Assembly: GCA_963741955.1 (NCBI GenBank)
Contig: CAVUKB010000010.1
Coordinates: 128,001 to 192,000, forward strand
Direction of reading: 5' to 3'
DNA length: 64,000 nucleotides
From: an uncultured Acidobacteriota bacterium
Lineage (GTDB): Bacteria; Acidobacteriota; Thermoanaerobaculia; Gp7-AA8
Shown here: piece after piece, positions 1-9,057 of the stretch
Numbering within the stretch: the stretch's first letter is position 1
How the letters are laid out: every line of letters starts with the position of its first letter
Translations under genes and position numbers: made by a program
Notes under the pieces: model-generated
What the model was told of the DNA's origin: nothing
What the model saw: the letters and a program-made list of their open reading frames with translations, nothing else
The model's database searches: none

Positions 1-762
1 ACCAGTTCCAATCCCTATTTCTGCGGAAGCTGCCACGACATGGGGACCTACTTCGCCAACTGGAAGGACTCGCCCCACGCCCGTGCGGAAGTCAGCTGCG
101 ATCGCTGCCACTACGAACCGGGAGTCGGTGGATTCGTCAGAGCGAAGATCCGCGGCACCTCGGAGCTCGTCACTACCCTCACCGGCACGCAGCGCCCGAA
201 ACCGGTTGCGGAAGTCACGAATGACCGCTGCCTCGCGTGTCACCCGATGGCGAAGCTCGGGAAGACCATTCGGGTCGCGGACAGCTGGAACTTCAATCAT
301 GTGCGGCACCTGGCCGCGCCGTTGACTCGAGGCCCCGCGAAGCTGCGATGCACCAGCTGCCACACCGACGTGGGAAGTGCGACTCATTTCGCGGTCGACA
401 CGAACGCGTGTTTCACCTGTCACTTCGAGACCTCCGCATCCGCGCGACTCGCGGCCAGCGTCGGTTGCATCGGATGCCATGACCTTCCTGGATCGAAGAG
501 CCGCTTCGATCACGTCGCCGCAGGCATCGAGAGAAACGACGACACGTGCGCGTCTTGTCACGATTCCGCATCGAGGGGAACCATGCTGGTCGAGATCCGC
601 CAGTGCCGGCACTGCCATGAGGAAAGCGGACGCGATCTTCTGAACGCGGCCGACGTACACGCCATTCACGATCTTCACGTCACCGGAAAGGGAGTGGGAT
701 GCGACTGGTGCCACGGGGTCATTCAGCACGAGAAAGTTGACACGAAACTCGCCATGAAGTAG
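1..762 (+). CDS. Multiheme cytochrome c (NapC/NirT-like N-terminal part plus further heme repeats), 5'-truncated
   Basis: Frame 1 is open from base 1 (TSSNPYFCGSCHDM...). Nine CxxCH motifs: CGSCH, CDRCH, CLACH, CTSCH, CFTCH, CIGCH, CASCH, CRHCH, CDWCH. 'WKDSPH...VSCxxCH' is typical of NapC/NirT-type domains. Confidence 0.9.
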   Translation, partial: TSSNPYFCGSCHDMGTYFANWKDSPHARAEVSCDRCHYEPGVGGFVRAKIRGTSELVTTLTGTQRPKPVAEVTNDRCLACHPMAKLGKTIRVADSWNFNHVRHLAAPLTRGPAKLRCTSCHTDVGSATHFAVDTNACFTCHFETSASARLAASVGCIGCHDLPGSKSRFDHVAAGIERNDDTCASCHDSASRGTMLVEIRQCRHCHEESGRDLLNAADVHAIHDLHVTGKGVGCDWCHGVIQHEKVDTKLAMK

Positions 763-766
763 TCAA

Positions 767-785
767 CTTGAGAAACTATTTCAAG
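767..785. promoter_or_regulatory. Candidate MarR operator, inverted repeat CTTGA-N9-TCAAG
   Basis: AT-rich dyad cttgagaaactatttcaag ending 14 nt before the MarR ATG. Confidence 0.4.
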
Positions 786-799
786 GCGAAAGGGAACAT

Positions 800-1420
800 A
801 TGGTGAAGACCTCCGCGAAAGGGTGGATTGGAGAGTTTCTCGGGAGCGCGCACATTTTTGCGTCGGCTGTCGAGGACGTGCTCGAGAGAAAGATTCTCGA
901 TGAAGTGGCGGGCAAGCAGATCACCCACTCTCAGTTCCGTCTTCTCAAGATGGTCGAGCTCGCGGACACCCAGACCATCCGCGACGTGGCGATCTTTCTC
1001 GGGATCAGCAATGCGGCTGCGAGCAAGGCGGTGGACAAACTGGTGAAGAAGCACTTTCTGCTGCGGGAAGAAGCAGAGGTCGACCGGCGCGAGATCCGTC
1101 TCTCTCTCACCGACTCGAGCCGGAAGATCCTCGCCGATTACGACCGGGCACGAGACGAGAAGCTCGCGCGGATCTTCTCGGATTTTTCTTCCGACCAGTT
1201 GAAGGACGCTTCCATCCTTCTCGATCGTCTCTCCGCGGGTCTGGTGGACCACCACGACAATCCCGACGATCTCTGTCTCCAGTGCGGCATCTATTTCCGG
1301 CAGAGATGCGTCGTCCGTGAGCTCGCGAAGAGGGACTGTTTCTTCCACCAGAACCGCGCCGCGCGCCGCGGCAGGGTGGCCGATGTGGAGCCTTTGCCGA
1401 GTACGGTTGAATCGGAGTAG
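800..1420 (+). CDS. MarR-family winged-helix regulator with C-terminal Cys-rich extension
   Basis: 'ITHSQFRLL..TIRDVAIFLGISNAAASKAVDKLVKKHFLLREEAEVDRREIRLSLT' MarR wHTH with DRR wing; C-x2-C-x7-C-x9-C-x2-H tail. Confidence 0.85.
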   Translation: MVKTSAKGWIGEFLGSAHIFASAVEDVLERKILDEVAGKQITHSQFRLLKMVELADTQTIRDVAIFLGISNAAASKAVDKLVKKHFLLREEAEVDRREIRLSLTDSSRKILADYDRARDEKLARIFSDFSSDQLKDASILLDRLSAGLVDHHDNPDDLCLQCGIYFRQRCVVRELAKRDCFFHQNRAARRGRVADVEPLPSTVESE

Positions 1421-1483
1421 TACCGGATCGTCGACCGGGCGAGCGTGTCGCTCGATCGAACAGAAGAGAATCGGGAGAACATC

Positions 1484-1750
1484 ATGTGCCTCGCGGTACC
1501 GGGAAAGATTCTGACCAGGGAGATGAAGAACGGGTCGCTCACCGCGCGGGTGCGGTTCGGTGGGATCACCCGCGAGGCATACCTCGATTTCGTGCCGGAA
1601 GCCGGCGTGGGGGACTACGTGATGGTCCACGTCGGGTTCGCGATCAGCCGGGTCGACGAAGAAGAAGCGCAACGCACGTACCGGATTCTCGAGAGCATGG
1701 GTCTTCTGGAGGGTGAGCTCGGTCCCGGCGAAGAGACTGTCGAATCATGA
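1484..1750 (+). CDS. hypC: Hydrogenase maturation chaperone HypC
   Basis: MCLAVPGKI N-terminus, GDYVMVHVGFAIS motif; GGAG RBS upstream of ATG 1484. Confidence 0.97.
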   Translation: MCLAVPGKILTREMKNGSLTARVRFGGITREAYLDFVPEAGVGDYVMVHVGFAISRVDEEEAQRTYRILESMGLLEGELGPGEETVES

Positions 1751-1820
1751 CCCCTGCATCACGAATGCAGGCTCGTAACGAAGCAAAGATCGCCGGCAGG
1801 CGAAGACGATCGAGGCGGCC

Positions 1821-2918
1821 GTGAAATACATCGACGAATACCGCGACGAGAAGATCGCGCGATCGCTGGTCGAGCGCATCCGGCGCCGGGTGACTCGCCC
1901 GGAGGTACTGATGGAGATCTGCGGCGGGCAGACTCACACGCTGATGCGCTACGGCATCGACGAGATGCTGCCGCCCGAGATCGAGCTGGTCCACGGACCG
2001 GGGTGCCCGGTCTGTGTCACACCGCTGGAGACGCTCGACAAGGCGATCGAGATCGCCTCCCTTCCGGACGCCACGCTCGTCTCCTACGGGGACATGTTGC
2101 GTGTTCCCGGCTCCCGCTCGGATCTGTTCCGGATCAAAGCGGAAGGAGGCGACGTTCGAATCGTTTACTCGCCGGCGGAAGCGGTGAAGATCGCGCGTTC
2201 CAATCCGGAGCGGCGGGTGGTCTTCTTCGGCGTCGGCTTCGAGACCACTGCTCCCGCGAACGCGATGGCCGTCTACCTCGCGAAACGCGAAGGGCTGAGA
2301 AACTTCTCGATGCTGGTCTCGCACGTCCTCGTCCCGCCCGCGATCCGTCTCCTCCTCGAGTCGAAGTCGAACCGGGTGCAGGGCTTCATCGCTCCCGGTC
2401 ACGTCTGTACCGTGGTCGGCTATGCGGATTACGAAACGCTTGCGAGAGATTACCGGGTGCCGATGGTGATCGGAGGTTTCGAGCCGGTCGATCTTCTCGA
2501 GGCGATTGCCATGCTCGTCGATCAGCTCGAAGACGGACGTTACGAGGTCGAGAACCAGTACGTCCGCTCCGTCGGATACCGCGGCAATATCCCCGCCCAG
2601 CAGCTGATGGAAGAAGTCTTCGAAGTCTGCGACCGGAAGTGGCGGGGAATCGGATCGATCCCGATGAGTGGGTTCGCCATCCGGCCGGAGTACGCCGCCT
2701 ACGATGCGGAGAAGATCTTTCCGCTCGAGAGCATCACCGCCGAGGAGCCGCCGGAGTGCATCAGCGCACTGGTGCTGCAGGGGCTTCGCAAACCGATCCA
2801 CTGTCCCGTGTTCGCCACGCGATGCACGCCGGAGATGCCCATGGGAGCTCCGATGGTCTCTGCGGAGGGTGCCTGCGCCGCGTACTACCACTACCGCCGT
2901 CACGCCGCCGCCGGATGA
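1821..2918 (+). CDS. hypD: Hydrogenase maturation protein HypD
   Basis: [27 protein letters not shown] and EGACAAYY motifs. Confidence 0.98.
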   Translation: MKYIDEYRDEKIARSLVERIRRRVTRPEVLMEICGGQTHTLMRYGIDEMLPPEIELVHGPGCPVCVTPLETLDKAIEIASLPDATLVSYGDMLRVPGSRSDLFRIKAEGGDVRIVYSPAEAVKIARSNPERRVVFFGVGFETTAPANAMAVYLAKREGLRNFSMLVSHVLVPPAIRLLLESKSNRVQGFIAPGHVCTVVGYADYETLARDYRVPMVIGGFEPVDLLEAIAMLVDQLEDGRYEVENQYVRSVGYRGNIPAQQLMEEVFEVCDRKWRGIGSIPMSGFAIRPEYAAYDAEKIFPLESITAEEPPECISALVLQGLRKPIHCPVFATRCTPEMPMGAPMVSAEGACAAYYHYRRHAAAG

Positions 2919-2926
2919 GGTGAGTC

Positions 2927-3985
2927 ATGTCCGATGCCGTATCGATTGAGAATTTTGCCTGTCCGGTTCCGATCGCCAGACGCGATCGCGTCCTTCTCGG
3001 CCACGGCAGCGGAGGCAAGCTGAGCGCCGAGCTCCTGTCGGAGCTTTTCCTCCCGACCTTTTCGAACGACGTGCTCGGGAGAATGGATGACCAGGCGATC
3101 GTCGATGTCGAAGGCGTTCGAATCGCGTTCACCACCGACAGCTTCGTGGTCAAGCCGCTCTTCTTTCCCGGAGGGGACATCGGCTCGCTCGCCGTGCACG
3201 GCACGATCAACGATCTTGCGATGGGAGGCGCGAAGCCTCTTTTCCTCAGCGTCGCCTACATCATCGAGGAAGGACTGGAGATGGAGGTCCTGCGCCGGCT
3301 GACGGAGTCGGTGCAGCGCGCGGCGGAGGCTGCGGGCGTGACCGTGGTGACGGGCGATACGAAGGTGGTGGAGAAGGGGAGTGGCGACGGGCTCTTCATC
3401 AACACGTCGGGGATCGGAGTGGTTCCGAAGGATCGCGATCTCTCTGCTTCGCACGCCCGTCCGGGGGACCGAGTGATCCTCAGCGGCTCGATCGGCGATC
3501 ACGGAATCGCGATCATGACCCGTCGCGAAGGTCTCGAGTTCGAGAGCGACATCGAGAGCGATTCGGCGGCGCTGCACGGTTTGACTGCCCGGATGCTGAA
3601 AGCATCGAGCAACATCCGCTGCATGCGCGATCCGACGCGCGGGGGCCTGTCGAGCACGTGCAACGAGATCGCCGCCTCCTCCGCAGTCGGGATCACCCTC
3701 GACGAGCGCACCATTCCGGTTCGGGAGGAAGTCCAGGGCGCGTGCGAGCTTCTCGGGCTCGACCCGCTGTACGTCGCGAACGAGGGGAAACTCGTGGCGA
3801 TCGTCGATCCTGCGGACGCGGATCGGGTGATCGAGGCGATGCGGTGCGACCCGCTGGGTCGCGAGGCGCGGATCATCGGGACGGTGACCGGCGACTCGCC
3901 CGGCCTGGTGATCATGCGCACCCGTTTCGGGACCAGCAGGATCGTGGACATGCTCGCCGGCGACCAGCTGCCGAGGATCTGCTGA
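2927..3985 (+). CDS. hypE: Carbamoyl dehydratase HypE
   Basis: HGSGG, TTDSFVV, GDTKVV, MRDPTRGG and C-terminal LPRIC. Confidence 0.98.
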   Translation: MSDAVSIENFACPVPIARRDRVLLGHGSGGKLSAELLSELFLPTFSNDVLGRMDDQAIVDVEGVRIAFTTDSFVVKPLFFPGGDIGSLAVHGTINDLAMGGAKPLFLSVAYIIEEGLEMEVLRRLTESVQRAAEAAGVTVVTGDTKVVEKGSGDGLFINTSGIGVVPKDRDLSASHARPGDRVILSGSIGDHGIAIMTRREGLEFESDIESDSAALHGLTARMLKASSNIRCMRDPTRGGLSSTCNEIAASSAVGITLDERTIPVREEVQGACELLGLDPLYVANEGKLVAIVDPADADRVIEAMRCDPLGREARIIGTVTGDSPGLVIMRTRFGTSRIVDMLAGDQLPRIC

Positions 3986-3993
3986 GGAGAACG

Positions 3994-4341
3994 ATGCACG
4001 AGCTGGGAATTGCTGCCGCTCTGCTCGACGCGATCCGCGTCGAAGTCGCGAAGCACCCGGGCGGACGCGCGTCCAGAGTCGGCATCCGGATCGGCGAGAT
4101 CAGCGGAGTCGATCCCGACGCTCTCGGTTTCAGTTTCGAATGCCTTCTCTCCGACTCCGGTCTCGCTCCTCTGCAGCTGGAAATCGAGACCTGTCCCCGA
4201 ATTCAGAAATGCAGCTCGTGCGGGCATCGCTTCGACGTGGTCGATCTCGATACCCGCTGTCCATCATGCGCTGAGCGATTGACCGAATGTGTCGGCGGGA
4301 CGGAGCTCGATCTCGCCTGGCTGGAGGTAGAACGACCATGA
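3994..4341 (+). CDS. hypA: Nickel metallochaperone HypA
   Basis: MHELGIA start after GAGGAG RBS; CSSC...CPSC zinc site; GTEL. Confidence 0.95.
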   Translation: MHELGIAAALLDAIRVEVAKHPGGRASRVGIRIGEISGVDPDALGFSFECLLSDSGLAPLQLEIETCPRIQKCSSCGHRFDVVDLDTRCPSCAERLTECVGGTELDLAWLEVERP

Positions 4342-5015
4342 CCCGAATCGCGATGGAAGGAAAGATTCTCAACGAGAACCAGCGCATCGCCGCGGAGCTT
4401 CGCGAGCGATATGAAGCGAACGGTCTGCTGACCCTCAATCTCATCAGCTCTCCCGGCGCCGGAAAGACGTCGCTGCTCGAGAAGACTCTGCAGCGATTCG
4501 ACCGCGCTCGACGCGTCGCCCTCCTGACCGGAGACATCCAGACGGATCTCGACGCCGGCCGGCTGGCCCGTTTCGGATTTCCGGTCCGGCAGATCACGAC
4601 CAGCGGCGCGTGCCATCTCGACGCGAAAATGGTCGAGCGGGCACTGGATGGATGGGATCTCGGCACACTCGAGCTTCTTCTGATCGAGAACGTCGGCAAT
4701 CTCGTCTGTCCCTCCAGCTTCGACCTCGGCGAAGAGTCGAAAATCGTGGTGTTCAGCGTCGCCGAGGGGGAGGAAAAGCCGCTCAAGTATCCGGGGACCT
4801 TCGCGCGGGCGGAACTGGTGATCATCAACAAGATCGACCTTCTGGGTCATGTGCCGTTCGACATCGAAAAGGCACGCGAGAATACCGAGCGAAGCAATCC
4901 CGGAGTCCGGGTGATCGAGCTCTCGTGCACCACCGGGGACGGGATCGCGGAATGGGAATCGTGGATCGAGGAGAAGCTCGGCGCGAAACGCGATCTCACT
5001 GCGGTGGTCCACTGA
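4338..5015 (+). CDS. hypB: Nickel-insertion GTPase HypB
   Basis: SSPGAGKT P-loop, CHLDA, ENVGNLVCP, NKIDL; ATGA overlap with hypA; no N-terminal His-rich region. Confidence 0.97.
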   Translation: MTRIAMEGKILNENQRIAAELRERYEANGLLTLNLISSPGAGKTSLLEKTLQRFDRARRVALLTGDIQTDLDAGRLARFGFPVRQITTSGACHLDAKMVERALDGWDLGTLELLLIENVGNLVCPSSFDLGEESKIVVFSVAEGEEKPLKYPGTFARAELVIINKIDLLGHVPFDIEKARENTERSNPGVRVIELSCTTGDGIAEWESWIEEKLGAKRDLTAVVH

Positions 5016-5040
5016 AGGAACGAGATCGGTCGAGGATCCG

Positions 5041-7341
5041 ATGCCGGATCATTCCCATCTGATTGTCGAGCCCTCGATGAGAAAGTCGATCGAGGTCGGC
5101 GGGATCGTGCAGGGAGTCGGATTCCGTCCTTTCATCCACCGCCTGGCATCGTCGTGCGGCGTGAACGGCTCGGTCGGGAACACTGCACGTGGTGTGACCA
5201 TCGAGATCGAGGGGACGGGATCGGCGCTGCAGAGTTTTCTCGAGCGGCTCCCTGCGGAGCTGCCGCCGCTCGCGCGAATCACCAGATTCGCGGTGCGTGA
5301 TCTTCCGGCGACCGGAGAGACCGGATTCCAGATCGTCGCCAGCAGTCACGAAGCTTCGGCTTCGGTGCTCGTCTCGCCGGACATCGCGGTCTGTCCCGAT
5401 TGTCTCCGGGAAATGTTCGACCCGGCCGACCGCCGCTACCGCTACCCGCTCATCAACTGCACCAACTGCGGCCCGCGGTTCACCATCATCCGCCGGCTTC
5501 CGTACGACCGTCCGAACACCTCCATGGACCGGTTTCCGATGTGCGACGAATGCAGGCGCGAGTACGAGGATCCGACGGACCGACGGTTCCACGCGCAACC
5601 GAACGCGTGCTGGGAGTGTGGCCCGCGTCTAGACTGGTGGGATTCCGCAGGATCGCGAATCGAGTGCGATGACCCGATCGCTGCTGCTGCCGCAGCGCTC
5701 GCGCGAGGAGAGATCGTCGCGATCAAAGGGCTGGGAGGATTTCACCTTGCGGTCGACGCGACGAATCGCGAGGCAGTTCAGCGGTTGCGTGAACGGAAGG
5801 GACGGGTGGACAAACCGTTCGCGGTCATGGTACCGGCAATCGATGCCGCGAGAGCGCTCTGCGAGATCGGGTCAGGTGCCACCGAGCTCCTCTCGCCCCA
5901 GCGTCCGATCGTCCTGATGCCGTGGAAGCGGTCCACGGAGGTGGCTGAAGCGGTCGCTCCGCGAAGCGTCACCCTCGGATTGTTCCTTCCCTACACTCCG
6001 ATGCAGTTTCTTCTGTTTGCGGCGGGTGCTCCGCAGGCCCTGGTGATGACCAGCGCAAACGTGAGCGAAGAGCCGATCGCGATAGACAACCGGGACGCGG
6101 TCGCGCGGCTCGGGGGTATCGCGGATTCGTTTCTGGTGCACGATCGCGACATTCTGAGGCGGTGCGACGATACGGTGATGCGGCTGGCCGGAGGAAGTCC
6201 GCGGCAGGTGCGGCGCTCACGCGGATTCGTACCGGCGCCGATCGCCCTCCACTGCGAAGTCCCATCCGTGCTCGCCGTCGGTGCGGAGCTCAAGAACAGC
6301 GTCTGCATCACGCGGGGGAACGAAGCGATGCTCAGCCAGCACGTCGGAGACATCGAGAACCTCGAGGCGTTCCGGTTCTTCGAAGAAGTGATCGCCCACA
6401 TGAAGCAGGTGTTCGAGATCGACCCGGAGATCGTGGCGTGCGATCTTCATCCCGACTACTTTCCTTCCAGGTGGGCGCGATCGCTGGAGGGAAAGACCAT
6501 CGTCGAAGTGCAGCACCATCACGCTCACGTCGCGAGCTGCATGGCCGAGAACGGCCTCACCGGAAAGGTGATCGGAATCGCGCTCGATGGCACCGGCTAC
6601 GGAACGGACGGAACCATCTGGGGCGGCGAGATCCTGGTCGCAGACTACGCGTCCTTCGATCGTGTCGCGAGTTTCGAGGAGACGCCGATGCCCGGAGGCG
6701 AGGCGGCGATCCGTCAGCCATGGCGAATGGCGCTGGCTCACCTGGACCGGAGCTACGGCCGGGATCTGTTCAATCTGGAGATACCTTTCGTCCGGCAGCT
6801 CGACCGGGGCAAAGCCACGACTCTCCTCGGGATGATCTCGCAGCGATTCAACTCTCCCGTGACGACGAGCTGCGGCCGTCTGTTCGACGCGGTTGCAGCA
6901 CTCATCGGTGTCCGCGAGAGCGTCAACTACGAAGCACAGGCGGCCATCGAGCTGGAGGCGGTCGCGAGCGAGGAGTTTCACGGAAGCTATGCCGCGGACG
7001 TCCACGAGGGACGGGAGAGGCTGGTGATCGGCACAGCGCCGCTGATCGAGGCCATCGTCGGGGATCTGCGTCGGAACGTGCCCGCACCAGTCATCTCGAG
7101 CCGCTTTCACCGCGGCATCATCGAGGCTCTCGCACGCTGCTGCCGGATCATCGGTTCCAGAACGGGCCTCCGGCGGGTCTGCCTGAGCGGTGGAAGCTTT
7201 CAGAACCGGATTCTGCTCGAAGGGGTGATCGAGGAGCTGACCGGGGATCGGTTCGAGGTATTCACGCACGCCTCGGTTCCCACCGGCGATGGCGGCATCG
7301 CGCTGGGTCAGGCGATGGTGGCCGCCGCGCGGATGAAATGA
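5041..7341 (+). CDS. hypF: Carbamoyltransferase HypF
   Basis: Acylphosphatase GIVQGVGFRPF, zinc fingers (CPDC/CTNCGPR, CDEC/CWECGP), KGLGGFHL, QHHHAH, DGTGYG, GDGGIALGQA. Confidence 0.98.
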   Translation: MPDHSHLIVEPSMRKSIEVGGIVQGVGFRPFIHRLASSCGVNGSVGNTARGVTIEIEGTGSALQSFLERLPAELPPLARITRFAVRDLPATGETGFQIVASSHEASASVLVSPDIAVCPDCLREMFDPADRRYRYPLINCTNCGPRFTIIRRLPYDRPNTSMDRFPMCDECRREYEDPTDRRFHAQPNACWECGPRLDWWDSAGSRIECDDPIAAAAAALARGEIVAIKGLGGFHLAVDATNREAVQRLRERKGRVDKPFAVMVPAIDAARALCEIGSGATELLSPQRPIVLMPWKRSTEVAEAVAPRSVTLGLFLPYTPMQFLLFAAGAPQALVMTSANVSEEPIAIDNRDAVARLGGIADSFLVHDRDILRRCDDTVMRLAGGSPRQVRRSRGFVPAPIALHCEVPSVLAVGAELKNSVCITRGNEAMLSQHVGDIENLEAFRFFEEVIAHMKQVFEIDPEIVACDLHPDYFPSRWARSLEGKTIVEVQHHHAHVASCMAENGLTGKVIGIALDGTGYGTDGTIWGGEILVADYASFDRVASFEETPMPGGEAAIRQPWRMALAHLDRSYGRDLFNLEIPFVRQLDRGKATTLLGMISQRFNSPVTTSCGRLFDAVAALIGVRESVNYEAQAAIELEAVASEEFHGSYAADVHEGRERLVIGTAPLIEAIVGDLRRNVPAPVISSRFHRGIIEALARCCRIIGSRTGLRRVCLSGGSFQNRILLEGVIEELTGDRFEVFTHASVPTGDGGIALGQAMVAAARMK

Positions 7342-7388
7342 GCGGGAAGATCCGGGCGGGGCGGCCCTCGCCCGGTCGACCCTCATCA

Positions 7389-7697
7389 CTACGGCTGCAC
7401 GTGAATGTTGTTGATCACTCCCTTGACCCCGCTGACGCTCCGCGCGGCGTCGACCATCTTGTTGATGTCCGACTGATTCGCGGCGTGGCCACCGAGAGTC
7501 ACGATCGCATGGTCGTCCACAGTCACTTCGATGGCGAACGTCTTCTCCGGAACGACTTCGGCGATCTTGGAACGAACGTCCGCTTCCATCGCTTTCGCGT
7601 CGACCTGAGACGGCAGGACGCGATTCATCGATCCGCAGCCGAATGCGAAGAGCATCAGGACCGCGGCCAGCATCGAAAACTTGCGATTCATATCCAT
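7389..7697 (-). CDS. Small BON-domain (OsmY-like) lipoprotein
   Basis: Signal peptide with lipobox-like FAFGC; IEVTVDDHAIVTLGG...ARSVSGVKGVINNI BON signature; AGGAGG RBS. Confidence 0.85.
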   Translation of the reverse strand: MDMNRKFSMLAAVLMLFAFGCGSMNRVLPSQVDAKAMEADVRSKIAEVVPEKTFAIEVTVDDHAIVTLGGHAANQSDINKMVDAARSVSGVKGVINNIHVQP

Positions 7698-7723
7698 TTC
7701 CTCCTAAACGGAGGAGCAGGAGC

Positions 7724-7738
7724 GCAAATCCGGTGCCA
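7724..7738 (-). promoter_or_regulatory. Sigma-54 (-24/-12) promoter for the BON lipoprotein gene
   Basis: Minus strand reads TGGCAC-CGGAT-TTGC, matching TGGCAC-N5-TTGC, about 26 nt upstream of the ATG. Confidence 0.7.
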
Positions 7739-7760
7739 GGGCTCCAGTACCCTCGCAACC

Positions 7761-7982
7761 TCAGCGGCGGGAGAAGTACGTCACGAGCGCCGCCACTCCG
7801 CCAACCGCGACCGCAGCCGTGATGACGCGGATGAGGCTGATCACCCACGCGATGCCGATCCCGAGTGCCGGCCACTGCACCCACCAGTCACCCGGCGAGG
7901 TCATCAGATTGATCGCGAACAGGAACGCGAGAATGACCGGTCCCATGACGAGGAATCGGACGGAGCGCATCAGCTTGAACAT
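7761..7982 (-). CDS. Small membrane protein, 2TM-domain-like (73 aa)
   Basis: MFKLMRSVRFLVMGPVILAFLFAINLMTSPGDWWVQWPALGIGIAW...; 'INxxTxPxxWWxxWPxxGxG' pattern; GAAAGGAG RBS before ATG 7982. Confidence 0.75.
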   Translation of the reverse strand: MFKLMRSVRFLVMGPVILAFLFAINLMTSPGDWWVQWPALGIGIAWVISLIRVITAAVAVGGVAALVTYFSRR

Positions 7983-8009
7983 CGCTTCGATTCTCCTTTC
8001 TCGAGAGGA

Positions 8010-8035
8010 TACGGGCCCCGGGGCGACTGGTTTCA
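8010..8035 (-). promoter_or_regulatory. ECF sigma-type promoter TGAAAC-N16-CGTA for the 2TM gene
   Basis: Minus strand TGAAAC cagtcgccccggggcc CGTA, the SigW-like ECF consensus spacing. Confidence 0.65.
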
Positions 8036-8079
8036 CCCCCGCGCGCGAATCGGTGAAGATCATCGGCTGAAGGTCACCG

Positions 8080-8105
8080 GTCACATTTTTCCGGCTCCCG
8101 GTACT
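8080..8105 (+). promoter_or_regulatory. Possible ECF-type promoter GTCACA-N15-GTACT for the hydrolase-ECF operon
   Basis: gtcacatttttccggctcccggtact, 46 nt upstream of the hydrolase ATG; GTCACA -35 boxes occur in several ECF groups. Confidence 0.4.
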
Positions 8106-8151
8106 TTGCCTTCGGATGGCGCGGATCGCCATCGCAGAAAGGAAGAAACCG

Positions 8152-9057
8152 ATGAATTCTCCCGTAAAGACATTCTCACTTCTCGTCGTCACCCTCTGCA
8201 TTGCGACGCTCGCCCTCGCCGCGGAGCCTGTTGCGTTTCGCGCCGAGGTGTCGGGCTCGGGACGCCCGATGATCCTCATCCCGGGGCTGGCGTGTCCGGG
8301 TTCCGTCTGGAGCTCGACCGTTTCCCACTTCGAGAATCGATATGAGATGCACGTGCTGACTCTGGGCGGATTCGCCGGACAACCTGCCGTCGGTGGGCCG
8401 TTCGTTTCCACGATGACCGATGCGATCGCCCGCTACATCCGCACTCACGAGCTCGACCATCCGGTGATCGTCGGCCACTCGATCGGAGGTCTGATCGCCT
8501 ATTCGGTCGCGTCGAAGTATCCCGATCTGGTCGGACCGGTGATCGCAGTGGACGGGGTTCCGTTCCTTCCCGCGCTGCAGAATCCCGCTGCCACGCCGGA
8601 GGCTGCCGCGCCGTTCGCCGACGGCATCCGGCAGACGTACGAGAACCTTTCCGCGGAAGAGTTCGCGAAGCGGAATCGGGCCGCGCTGAGCTCGATGATC
8701 ACCGATCCGGCGGAAGTCGACGCGGTGGCCGGCCCGAGCGCGAAATCGGATCGCGCCACGGTTGCCGAAGCGGTTTATGAAGCGATGACGACGGACTTGC
8801 GAGACGAGGTTGCGAAGATCAGGCAGCCGGTTCTTCTCATTGCGGCGGTCCCCGCGGACGTTCCGGAAGAGTTGCGCGAGCCGCTCGTCGCGGCGTACGG
8901 GGCGGAAATCGCGAATATCCCGGATCATCGCCTCGTTGTCGCGAAGACGAGACACTTCGTGATGCTGGACGCGCCGAAGTTCTTCTTCCGGACGGTCGAG
9001 TCGTTTCTCGATGGGCCGGCTGGTACGCCGGTGCGTGGAAGCGGTGACGGACGATGA
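8152..9057 (+). CDS. Secreted alpha/beta hydrolase
   Basis: Signal peptide (..LALAA), IPGL oxyanion region, GHSIGG nucleophile elbow, C-terminal RHFVMLD His. Confidence 0.88.
   Translation: MNSPVKTFSLLVVTLCIATLALAAEPVAFRAEVSGSGRPMILIPGLACPGSVWSSTVSHFENRYEMHVLTLGGFAGQPAVGGPFVSTMTDAIARYIRTHELDHPVIVGHSIGGLIAYSVASKYPDLVGPVIAVDGVPFLPALQNPAATPEAAAPFADGIRQTYENLSAEEFAKRNRAALSSMITDPAEVDAVAGPSAKSDRATVAEAVYEAMTTDLRDEVAKIRQPVLLIAAVPADVPEELREPLVAAYGAEIANIPDHRLVVAKTRHFVMLDAPKFFFRTVESFLDGPAGTPVRGSGDGR

Noticed and set aside
6162-8345. 727-aa and 555-aa alternative ORFs over hypF and the BON gene
   Set aside because: Arg/Gly/Pro-rich shadow translations overlapping well-supported genes.
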